Below, piece by piece: positions 1 to 8,662 of a stretch of DNA of 64,000 nt (position 1 is the first letter of the stretch; each line of letters begins with the position of its first letter). Made by a program: the position numbers and the translations under genes. This DNA comes from Spirochaetia bacterium (GTDB taxonomy: Bacteria > Spirochaetota > Spirochaetia > CADAEX01): assembly GCA_963662795.1 (NCBI GenBank), contig OY759746.1, positions 1,600,001-1,664,000 on the forward strand, written 5' to 3'. The notes beneath the pieces were generated by a model, which saw only the letters and a program-made list of their open reading frames with translations, made no database searches and had not been told where the DNA came from.

Positions 1-337
1 CCCGGGCGAGAAGAAGAAAGTGCCGTACCTCACAAAAGTTTTGAAAGGGTACAGCGGCCCGTTTGTAATCAGCACTGATTACGTTAAAGCCTATCAGGAG
101 CAGATACGCCGTTTTATCCCGGGACATCTCACTGTTCTCGGCACTGACGGATACGGGAGGAGCGATTCAAGGGAAAATCTGCGCCGGTTTTTTGAGGTTG
201 ACAGGTATTATATTGTTGTCGCCTCGCTTGCAGCTCTGCTTGAAGAGGGCAAGATAAAGGCGGAGACGGTTCAGAAGGCAATAAAGAAATACAAGATTGA
301 TCCTGAAAAACTCAACCCAGCGGTCAGCCAGGCCTGA
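1..337 (+). CDS. aceE: Pyruvate dehydrogenase E1 (homodimeric AceE type), C-terminal part; 5' truncated by window edge
   Basis: STDY...LGTDGYGRSDSRENLRRFFEVD is the AceE C-terminal signature. The frame is open back to the window start, and E2 and E3 follow. Confidence 0.93.
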   Translation, partial: PGEKKKVPYLTKVLKGYSGPFVISTDYVKAYQEQIRRFIPGHLTVLGTDGYGRSDSRENLRRFFEVDRYYIVVASLAALLEEGKIKAETVQKAIKKYKIDPEKLNPAVSQA

Positions 338-378
338 AATCTCACAGAGGCCCTTCGGTCCATTAGGAGTAAAAAGAT

Positions 379-1770
379 ATGACAAAAAAGGAAATTGCGG
401 TTCCGGATATTGGTAAATTCGAGAATGTGGATATTGTTGAAGTATATGTTTCAGCAGGCGATGTAATCGCTGTTGAAGACCCAATCCTTTCAATTGAAAG
501 CGACAAGGCTGTAATGGATATACCCTCACCCTTCGCCGGAAAGATTGCAGAGGTTAAGGTAAAAGCGGGAGGCGCTGTCTCGGAAGGTGATATTATCGCT
601 TTGATTGAAACAGATGATGCGGGAGCAGAGAGTAAAAAAGAGGAGCAGAAAAAAACAGTTCCTGAAGCTGCTGCTGAAGGCGGTGAGAAAACAGCTGAGA
701 AGAAGAGTGAAAAGAAACAGACGGAGGTAAAGAAGCCCGGGGAAAAGCTTCCGGCGGAGAAGCAGGCGGAAGCAATAACATTTGCTCCTGAAAGTACTGC
801 CGGTAAAGTGCAGAGGGACGGTAGTGAAGCAGCATCTGTTTATCATGCAACCCCATCAGTGAGAATTCTTGCAAGGGAACTGGGAGTTGATCTGGGATTG
901 ATCAGGGCTACCGGTCCGAAAGGGAGGATCTTAAAGGAAGATCTCTATAAAACAGTCTCATCAGCGATGAAAGGCTATGGCGCATCTTCCTCAGATAGAA
1001 CTACCGGTGCTCCGGGACTGCCGCTTCTGCCTGATGTTTCACCTGAAGATTTTAAGGAATTCGGCCCTCTCGAAGAGGCGCCTCTAGGCAGGATCAAAAA
1101 ACTGTCAGGGACAAAAGTCCACCAGAACTGGACCGGTATTCCGCAGGTCACCCATTTTGAAGAGGCCGATGTTACTGTACTTGAGGATTTCAGAAAAGAG
1201 CTTAACAATGAAAAAAGCAATACCGGGGTAAAGTATACAATGCTGCCGTTTGTCCTTAAGGCGCTTGTGTCTGCGCTGATGGAATATCCTGATTTTAATT
1301 CCTCAATTGATATTGCCGGAAGCAGAATTATAAGAAAAAAATACTATAATATCGGGGTAGCGGTTGATACTCCAGCGGGACTTGTTTTTCCTGTTGTCAA
1401 AAACGCGGACAGAAAAGGGGTAACGGAAATCGCTGAAGAGCTTTCATCTTTAAGCCAGAAAGCGCGGGATAATAAACTCAAACTCAATGAAATTCAGGGC
1501 AGTTCCTTCAGTATCTCAAGCCTTGGGGGAATCGGGGGAACAGGTTTTACCCCAATTGTAAACCATCCCGAGGCGGCGATACTGGGTATTTCAAGGATGT
1601 CTGTTAAACCGGTATGGTCAGGGGACAAATTTGAGCCGAGAAAAGTGCTGCCGTTCTGCATTACCTATGATCACAGGATAATCGACGGAGCGCAGGCTGC
1701 TTATTTTTCAAAGCATCTTTCTGAGCTTATCGGGGATATAAGAAGGATAATACTGGGAAGCCCTGTTTAA
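379..1770 (+). CDS. aceF: Dihydrolipoamide acetyltransferase (PDH E2), single lipoyl domain
   Basis: Lipoyl motif IESDKA, E3-binding ATPSVR..ARE/GPKGRI, catalytic DHRIIDG; AGGAG RBS. Confidence 0.95.
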   Translation: MTKKEIAVPDIGKFENVDIVEVYVSAGDVIAVEDPILSIESDKAVMDIPSPFAGKIAEVKVKAGGAVSEGDIIALIETDDAGAESKKEEQKKTVPEAAAEGGEKTAEKKSEKKQTEVKKPGEKLPAEKQAEAITFAPESTAGKVQRDGSEAASVYHATPSVRILARELGVDLGLIRATGPKGRILKEDLYKTVSSAMKGYGASSSDRTTGAPGLPLLPDVSPEDFKEFGPLEEAPLGRIKKLSGTKVHQNWTGIPQVTHFEEADVTVLEDFRKELNNEKSNTGVKYTMLPFVLKALVSALMEYPDFNSSIDIAGSRIIRKKYYNIGVAVDTPAGLVFPVVKNADRKGVTEIAEELSSLSQKARDNKLKLNEIQGSSFSISSLGGIGGTGFTPIVNHPEAAILGISRMSVKPVWSGDKFEPRKVLPFCITYDHRIIDGAQAAYFSKHLSELIGDIRRIILGSPV

Positions 1771-1825
1771 TAAGGGGAGCTTTTTCGTTACAGTTTTACA
1801 GCAAACAAAAAAAGAGGTAAATATT

Positions 1826-3238
1826 ATGGCAGAAAAAATAAACGCGGATCTTCTTGTTGTCGGGGGCGGCCCCGGCGGATATACAGCAGCCTTCAGGGCC
1901 GCAGACCTGGGCCTTTCAGTAACACTGCTTGAAAAAGAGGAGAGGCTTGGCGGCGTCTGCCTTAATGTCGGCTGCATTCCGTCGAAAACGCTGCTCCATG
2001 CCGCTTCCGTTATTGAGGATGCGGAAAAAATATCGTCATACGGGGTTAAGTACGGAAGGCCGGAAATAGACCTTGATGCGATGAGACAGAACAAGGACGC
2101 AGTCGTGAAAAAACTTACCGGCGGCCTTGAGCTGCTGTGCAACGCAAGGAAAATTAAGATTGTAAAGGGGAGCGGTAAATTCAAAGACAGCAGGACAGTT
2201 GCTGTTGAAGGGAACAGCGAAGTCGCGGAGATAGGTTTTAAAAACTGCATAATTGCCGCCGGCTCACGGCCAGTAAAACTTCCGATATTCCCTGAAGATC
2301 CCGGGATATGGGATTCCACCGGAGCTCTTGAAATAAAAGAAGTGCCTGCAAAGCTTCTTGTTGTCGGAGGGGGGATTATCGGCCTTGAGATGGCGACAGT
2401 CTATCACGCCCTCGGCTCATCCGTTACTGTCGTTGAAATGCTTGACCAGATCATCCCACCAGCTGACGCTGATGTCGTAAAGCCCCTTTTCAGAAAGCTT
2501 AAAAAATCCCTTGAAGCAATTCTTCTTGAGACAGAAATTGTTAAAGCAGAAAAATCAGGGAAATCCTTTACAGTTACAATGAAGGATAAAAAGGGAGCTG
2601 AAAAAACAGTTGTTTATGACAGAATACTTGTCGCTGTCGGCAGAAGGCCTAACACAGCACTTGTCGAACCAGAAAAGGCCGGAATAGAAACTGAAAAAGG
2701 GTTTATCAAAGTCAATGACAGGATGCAGACCAACATTGAGGGGATATACGCGATCGGAGACATTACAGGCAACCCGATGCTTGCACACAGGGCATCGCAT
2801 CAGGGCAAAATCGCGGCCGAAGTGATTTCCGGATTAAAGTCGGCCTTTACGCCGATGACAATCCCATCCGTTGCCTACACAAGCCCTGAGGTAGCGTGGA
2901 TGGGAATCACTGAAAAGGATGCCGCGCGGGACAACATACCGTTTAAAAAAGGCGTCTTTCCATGGGCGGCCAGCGGAAGGGCTTTGAGTGCGGATAACGC
3001 TCTTGGAAGCACGAAGGTCCTCTTTGACCCTGAAACAGGAAGGATAATCGGCGCCGGGATAGCAGGCTATAACGCGGGTGAGCTTATATCGGAAGCTGTC
3101 CTTGCCATGGAGATGGGATGCGACGCCGAGGACATCGGCAGCACTATCCACCCGCACCCGACACTTGCCGAAACCATCGCCTTTGCATCTGAGACTGCAG
3201 CCGGCACTGTCACGGATATCCTCCCCCCCAAAGCCTGA
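1826..3238 (+). CDS. lpdA: Dihydrolipoyl dehydrogenase (E3)
   Basis: GGGPGGY, GGVCLNVGCIPSK redox disulfide, C-terminal HPHPTLAE. Confidence 0.97.
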   Translation: MAEKINADLLVVGGGPGGYTAAFRAADLGLSVTLLEKEERLGGVCLNVGCIPSKTLLHAASVIEDAEKISSYGVKYGRPEIDLDAMRQNKDAVVKKLTGGLELLCNARKIKIVKGSGKFKDSRTVAVEGNSEVAEIGFKNCIIAAGSRPVKLPIFPEDPGIWDSTGALEIKEVPAKLLVVGGGIIGLEMATVYHALGSSVTVVEMLDQIIPPADADVVKPLFRKLKKSLEAILLETEIVKAEKSGKSFTVTMKDKKGAEKTVVYDRILVAVGRRPNTALVEPEKAGIETEKGFIKVNDRMQTNIEGIYAIGDITGNPMLAHRASHQGKIAAEVISGLKSAFTPMTIPSVAYTSPEVAWMGITEKDAARDNIPFKKGVFPWAASGRALSADNALGSTKVLFDPETGRIIGAGIAGYNAGELISEAVLAMEMGCDAEDIGSTIHPHPTLAETIAFASETAAGTVTDILPPKA

Positions 3239-3246
3239 CCCACTAT

Positions 3247-3298
3247 AAAAAAAGCCGTCCGGGAAAATCCTGCATTCTTGTACCGGGCGGCTGTAAAA
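3247..3298. terminator. Hairpin after lpdA, probable terminator
   Basis: AGCCGTCCGG (3253-3262) pairs with CCGGGCGGCT (3283-3292), preceded by an A7 run. Confidence 0.5.
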
Positions 3299-3386
3299 GT
3301 TATCCGAAATTCTGCCTGAACTGCTAAAAATATGATATAAATATATAATCTGAATTGTTTTAATATCCCAGCGCCCCGAGAAAGCC

Positions 3387-3412
3387 ATTGACGCTCACCG
3401 AATAGCGTCAAT
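3387..3412. promoter_or_regulatory. 9-bp perfect inverted repeat upstream of hsdR, candidate operator
   Basis: ATTGACGCT-N8-AGCGTCAAT. Confidence 0.4.
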
Positions 3413-3454
3413 TCCTTGCCGGGTGATAAAGAGGGTAAGAGGCTATTAAAAGGA

Positions 3455-5824
3455 ATGAATAAAAAGAACCTGTCGGAAAGAGATATCTGCACCAAATTTA
3501 TTACTCCCGCCATAGAACAGGCCGGGTGGGATATAGCGACGCAGATTCGGGAAGAATTCCCTTTAACCAACGGCCGGATCATTGTTCGGGGGAAAATACA
3601 TACAAGGGCTGCCAATAAACGGGCCGATTACATTCTCTTTTATAAACCAGGAATCCCCATTGCAGTTGTTGAAGCAAAAGACAACAAACACACAGTTGCT
3701 GATGGCATGCAGCAGGCTTTAAGCTATGCAGGGATGATAGAAGTTCCTTTTGTGTTCAGCTCAAACGGCGATAGGTTTCTTTTTCACAATAAGCTGCAAA
3801 CTGCCGGAAAAGTTGAAACAGAAATTAATATGGAAGACTTTCCCCCTCCAGAGGAATTGTGGCAGATATGGGCGAAACACAGGGGAATCGACACAGAACA
3901 ATCCGCCATTGTAACCCAGGATTACTACAGTGATGCCAGTAATAAAACACCCAGGTATTATCAGCTGCTTGCAATAAATAAAACAATTGAGACAATAGCC
4001 AGGGGGCAAAACAGAATCCTGCTGGTAATGGCTACCGGTACCGGTAAAACATTTACAGCCTTTCAGATTATCTGGCGTTTATGGAAATCCAAAACAAAAA
4101 AGAGAATACTGTTTCTTGCGGATCGCAATATTTTAATTGATCAGACCATGACCAATGACTTTAAACCGTTTGGCAGCGCCATGACAAAGATACAAAAACG
4201 CCAGGCCAATAAATCCTTTGAGATATATTTATCCCTTTATCAGGCCGTCACAGGCACAGAAGATGAACAGAATATATATAAACAGTTCACTCCCGGTTTT
4301 TTTGACCTGATTGTTGTTGATGAATGCCATAGGGGAAGCGCTGCGGAAGACTCCAATTGGCGGCAGATACTGGAATATTTCACATCGGCAACGCAGATTG
4401 GCTTAACAGCGACCCCCAAAGAGACTAAAGATGTTTCAAACATCGACTATTTTGGAGACCCTGTTTATACCTATTCCCTGCGGCAGGGGATTGATGACGG
4501 CTTTCTGGCCCCCTACAAGGTAGTCAGGATTGACCTTGATAAGGATATGACCGGATGGCGGCCTGAAAGAGGAATGACTGATAAATACGGCAATGAGATT
4601 GAAGACCGTATTTACAATCAAAAGGATTTTGACCGCTCCCTGGTTCTTGAAAAGAGGACCGAAGTAGTGGCACGGAAAATATCGGAATTCCTGAAACAGA
4701 CCAGCCGCTATGATAAAACAATTGTCTTTTGTGACAACATCGACCATGCCGAACGGATGAGGCAGGCCCTGGTCAATGAGAATGCCGATATCGCATCTAA
4801 TAATCCAAGGTATGTTATGCGGATCACAGGCGATAATGAAGAAGGGAAAATGGAGCTTGATAACTTTATCTTTCCAGAGTCGAAATATCCTGTAATTGCC
4901 ACAACCTCAAAACTGATGAGTACCGGGGTGGATGCCCAGACCTGTAAGCTGATCGTGCTTGATCAGAGGATACAGTCGATGACCGAGTTTAAGCAGATTA
5001 TCGGCCGCGGTACCAGAATTAATGAAGACTACGATAAATATTATTTTACCATCATTGATTTTAAGAAAGCTACTGAGTTGTTTGCCGACCCTGACTTTGA
5101 CGGCGACCCGGTGCAGATTTACGAACCAAAAAGCATTGATGAAACCCCTGTCCCTCCGGAGGACGTTGAAGAAGATGAAAAAGGTAACACTGAAAATACT
5201 GATGCATCATCTATAAATGGCAATGGTGCCGATTCATCTGATATAACTGAAGACGGTCAAAGGGCAATAAAATACTATGTAGATGATGTCCCGGTAACGG
5301 TGGTGGCTGAGCGTGTGCAATACTTTGATGTCAACGGCAGAGTGATTACCGAGTCACTAAGGGATTATACCAGAAAGGCGCTTTTTAAAGAGTTTTCTTC
5401 TCTGGATGAGTTTTTAAAGCGATGGAACCATGCAGACAAAAAAAGGGCAGTTATTGAAGAACTAAGCCGGCAGGGAGTATTCTTCGAGGCGCTGGCCGAA
5501 GAGGTCGGCCGTGACCTTGATCCTTTTGATATCATCTGTCATGTTGCCTGGGACAAGCCGCCGCTCACACGGAAAGAACGGGCGGAAAATGTGAAAAAGA
5601 GAAACTATTTTGAGAAATACGGTGATCAGGCAAAGATTGTGCTGCAGGCCATGCTGGATAAATACGCTGATGAAGGAATTGTTCACATAGAGGAAACCAA
5701 AATACTGGCTGTCAATCCTTTCAGCTCATTCGGTACGCCAGTGGAGATTATTAATAAGTTCGGCGGCATGGAAAAATACCTAAAGGCCATCCATGAGCTT
5801 GAGCATCAGCTTTACAGCGCTTAA
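3455..5824 (+). CDS. hsdR: Type I restriction enzyme R subunit (EcoAI/EcoEI-like)
   Basis: ADY...VVEAK nuclease motif, MATGTGKT Walker A, DECH box, LTATP, QIIGRGTR. Start placed at ATG 3455 (the ORF track opens at 3416). Confidence 0.95.
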   Translation: MNKKNLSERDICTKFITPAIEQAGWDIATQIREEFPLTNGRIIVRGKIHTRAANKRADYILFYKPGIPIAVVEAKDNKHTVADGMQQALSYAGMIEVPFVFSSNGDRFLFHNKLQTAGKVETEINMEDFPPPEELWQIWAKHRGIDTEQSAIVTQDYYSDASNKTPRYYQLLAINKTIETIARGQNRILLVMATGTGKTFTAFQIIWRLWKSKTKKRILFLADRNILIDQTMTNDFKPFGSAMTKIQKRQANKSFEIYLSLYQAVTGTEDEQNIYKQFTPGFFDLIVVDECHRGSAAEDSNWRQILEYFTSATQIGLTATPKETKDVSNIDYFGDPVYTYSLRQGIDDGFLAPYKVVRIDLDKDMTGWRPERGMTDKYGNEIEDRIYNQKDFDRSLVLEKRTEVVARKISEFLKQTSRYDKTIVFCDNIDHAERMRQALVNENADIASNNPRYVMRITGDNEEGKMELDNFIFPESKYPVIATTSKLMSTGVDAQTCKLIVLDQRIQSMTEFKQIIGRGTRINEDYDKYYFTIIDFKKATELFADPDFDGDPVQIYEPKSIDETPVPPEDVEEDEKGNTENTDASSINGNGADSSDITEDGQRAIKYYVDDVPVTVVAERVQYFDVNGRVITESLRDYTRKALFKEFSSLDEFLKRWNHADKKRAVIEELSRQGVFFEALAEEVGRDLDPFDIICHVAWDKPPLTRKERAENVKKRNYFEKYGDQAKIVLQAMLDKYADEGIVHIEETKILAVNPFSSFGTPVEIINKFGGMEKYLKAIHELEHQLYSA

Positions 5825-5840
5825 AAACGGGAGATATTAA

Positions 5841-7289
5841 ATGCCGATAGGTACTTTGATTAAAACGATTCAGGATATTATGCGGAAAGATGTGGGTGTC
5901 GACGGTGATGCCCAGAGAATCAGCCAGGTGGTCTGGCTTCTGTTTTTGAAAATATTTGATGACAAGGAACAGGAATGGAAACTGACTGTACAAGGGTATA
6001 AGTCGCCACTGCAAACCCGTTTCCAGTGGTCATCCTGGGCTAAAGATGCGGAAGGAATCACGGGAGAAGAGCTGATTGACTTTGTTAACAATGAGCTTTT
6101 CCCTGCCTTAAAGAAACTCGCAACCACAGCCGGAGTAAATACCCGGGGCAGGGTAGTTGGCAGTGTTTTTGAAGATGCCTACAACTATATGAAATCAGGC
6201 ACACTGCTTCGTCAGGTTATAAACACCATTCAGCAGGATGTGGACTTTAATTCATCCAGTGACCGGCACCTGTTTAACGATATTTACGAAAAAATTTTGT
6301 CCGACCTGCAGTCTGCCGGAAATGCAGGGGAGTATTACACGCCCCGAGCGGTTACCCAATTCATGGTGGATATCATCAATCCTCAGCTTGGCGAAAAAAT
6401 TCTCGACCCGGCCTGCGGAACCGGCGGTTTTCTGACCTGCGCTATCGCTCATCTGGACAGGCAGATTAAAACTGCCAAAGATAGGGAGACACTGCAGGAA
6501 ACCATTCATGGTGTTGAGAAAAAGCCGCTTCCCCACATGCTCTCACTTACCAATATGATGCTCCATGGTATAGATGTACCGACCAACATAAGGCATGACA
6601 ATACCTTAAGCCGCCCCTTAAAAGATTACAGCCCCAAAGACCGTGTGGATGTTGTGATTACCAATCCCCCTTTTGGCGGCATGGAAGAGGACGGTATTGA
6701 AAACAATTTCCCCAAAAAATATCAGACCCGCGAGACTGCCGACCTTTTTATGGCACTGATCATGCACCTGTTAAAACACGATACCGGCCGGGCGGCAGTG
6801 GTTCTGCCGGACGGCTTTCTTTTTGGCGAAGGGGTAAAAACCAATCTAAAAAGGGAACTCCTTAATGAGTTTAATCTGCATACCATTGTGCGCCTTCCAA
6901 AGGGTGTCTTCAGCCCCTATACCGGGATTAATACCAATATCCTGTTTTTTACCAAGGGAGATAAAACCAGGGATGTATGGTTTTTCGAGCATCCCTATCC
7001 GGAAGGCTATAAATCCTATTCCCGCTCCAAACCGCTGACTATCGGCGAGTTTGACCTGGAAAAATCCTGGTGGAACAAGCGAAAGGTAACTGAACAGGCC
7101 TGGAAGGTTTCTGTCAAAGAAATCGAATCGCGTAACTATAATCTTGATTTTAAAAACCCCCACCAGGTGGAAATTAACCACGGCGACCCCGATGAACTGA
7201 TGACGGAATATGAGACCATCGTAAAAGAGATGAACGCTACCCGTGATGCATTAAAAAAAGAACTGATGCAGGCCCTGGGGGAAAGGTAG
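5841..7289 (+). CDS. hsdM: Type I RM N6-adenine methyltransferase
   Basis: GEYYTPR, DPACGTGGFL SAM motif, NPPF catalytic motif. Confidence 0.96.
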   Translation: MPIGTLIKTIQDIMRKDVGVDGDAQRISQVVWLLFLKIFDDKEQEWKLTVQGYKSPLQTRFQWSSWAKDAEGITGEELIDFVNNELFPALKKLATTAGVNTRGRVVGSVFEDAYNYMKSGTLLRQVINTIQQDVDFNSSSDRHLFNDIYEKILSDLQSAGNAGEYYTPRAVTQFMVDIINPQLGEKILDPACGTGGFLTCAIAHLDRQIKTAKDRETLQETIHGVEKKPLPHMLSLTNMMLHGIDVPTNIRHDNTLSRPLKDYSPKDRVDVVITNPPFGGMEEDGIENNFPKKYQTRETADLFMALIMHLLKHDTGRAAVVLPDGFLFGEGVKTNLKRELLNEFNLHTIVRLPKGVFSPYTGINTNILFFTKGDKTRDVWFFEHPYPEGYKSYSRSKPLTIGEFDLEKSWWNKRKVTEQAWKVSVKEIESRNYNLDFKNPHQVEINHGDPDELMTEYETIVKEMNATRDALKKELMQALGER

Positions 7290-8662
7290 TGGAATCCAAT
7301 CGAATTGAATATAAAAAAGAGCTGACAGTTTCTCTTGAGAAAGAAGTGGTAGCTTTTCTTAATTCCCGTGATGGCGGTGAGCTTTTTATCGGGGTGGATA
7401 ATAACGGCACTGCTTTAGGGGTAGGCAAAAGTGATCAGCTTCAGCTGGTGATAAAAGACAGAATAAAAAACAATATTCAACCTTCTGCCCTTGGGCTCTT
7501 TGATGTTGTTCTGGAAGTAAAGACTGGTAAGGAAATTATCAGAATAATCGTGGCTGGGGGGTTGGAGAAACCTTATTATCTGCGTAAATATGGCATGACA
7601 GAAAAAGGCTGCTTTATTCGGGTAGGCAGTGCCAGCGAACCTATGTCTCAGGAGATGATTGACTCGTTTTACAGCAGAAGAATCAGAAACACAATTGGGC
7701 GGATGGAGTCAACCCGGCACAATCTGACATTTGAGCAGCTTAAAATCTATTATGAAACCAGGGGACTGCATCTGGGCACCTCGTTTATGCAAAACCTTGA
7801 ACTTCTTACACCGGAAGGGAAACCCAATTTTGCCGCATATCTGCTTGCTGATGAAAATGGTGTCTCAATCCAGGTTGCCAAATACGCTGATAAGGGGAGA
7901 GTCAATCTTGTTGAGAATATTGATTTTGGCCGATGCTCTCTAGTCAAAGCCTGTAAAAACATTATGGACCGGATGAATGTGGAAAACACCATTTATACAC
8001 GGATCAGTGTACCACTGCGGGAAGAACGCCCGATGCTCAATCCGGTTGCAATGCGCGAGGCAGTTGTCAATGCAATTGTCCATAATGACTACTCCAATGG
8101 AGGCGCTCCCAGGTTTGAATTTTTTTCGGATCGTTTGGAGATAACATCATCCGGCGGATTACCTTATGGTCTTGGGATTGATGATTTCTTTGCCGGTCAT
8201 ACTGCTCCCCGTAATAAAGAGATTATGCGGGTTTTCCGTGATCTTGAAATTGTAGAACAGCTTGGTTCAGGCATACCGCGTATTTTAATAGCTTACGGAC
8301 GGGAATGTTTTCAGCTTAGTCAAAACTTTATCCGGTTAGTGTTTCCTTATGCCGTGGGTCTTGTTGAAGATGGAAAGACGCAGCAAGAGTCACAGCAAGA
8401 GTCACAGCAAGAGTCACAGCAAGAGTCACTTGAGATGCGTATTTTGAGTGTTCTCGGGCAGGATTCAAAAAGCAAAAAAGAAATTTCTGAACAATTAGGA
8501 CAAAAACAGGTTTCCGGACAATTAAATGTTGTTATCCGCCGATTGCTTGAAAATAAAATGATTGAATATACTATTCCGGATAAACCCCCAAGCCGCTTGC
8601 AAAAGTACCGTATTACCAAAAAAGGCCGTATCAGTGTAAAAAAAGAGGGCAGCGATGAATAA
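7289..8662 (+). CDS. Schlafen/AlbA_2 domain + HATPase_c_4 + C-terminal winged HTH protein
   Basis: N-terminal ESNRIEYK and AFLNSRDGGELFIGVDNNG (AlbA_2); REAVVNAIVHNDY, DRLEITSSGG, PRN, EQLGSG (HATPase_c_4); C-terminal SKKEISEQLG...IPDKPPSRLQKY (wHTH). GTG start overlaps the hsdM stop. Confidence 0.85.
   Translation: MESNRIEYKKELTVSLEKEVVAFLNSRDGGELFIGVDNNGTALGVGKSDQLQLVIKDRIKNNIQPSALGLFDVVLEVKTGKEIIRIIVAGGLEKPYYLRKYGMTEKGCFIRVGSASEPMSQEMIDSFYSRRIRNTIGRMESTRHNLTFEQLKIYYETRGLHLGTSFMQNLELLTPEGKPNFAAYLLADENGVSIQVAKYADKGRVNLVENIDFGRCSLVKACKNIMDRMNVENTIYTRISVPLREERPMLNPVAMREAVVNAIVHNDYSNGGAPRFEFFSDRLEITSSGGLPYGLGIDDFFAGHTAPRNKEIMRVFRDLEIVEQLGSGIPRILIAYGRECFQLSQNFIRLVFPYAVGLVEDGKTQQESQQESQQESQQESLEMRILSVLGQDSKSKKEISEQLGQKQVSGQLNVVIRRLLENKMIEYTIPDKPPSRLQKYRITKKGRISVKKEGSDE
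8381..8428 (+). repeat. Perfect 12-bp tandem repeat x4 (CAGCAAGAGTCA), encodes (QQES)4 linker
   Basis: Four exact copies at 8381, 8393, 8405 and 8417. Confidence 0.97.

Noticed and set aside
8381-8428. Tandem repeat as a CRISPR array
   Set aside because: 12-bp units without spacers, in frame inside a CDS; no cas genes in the window
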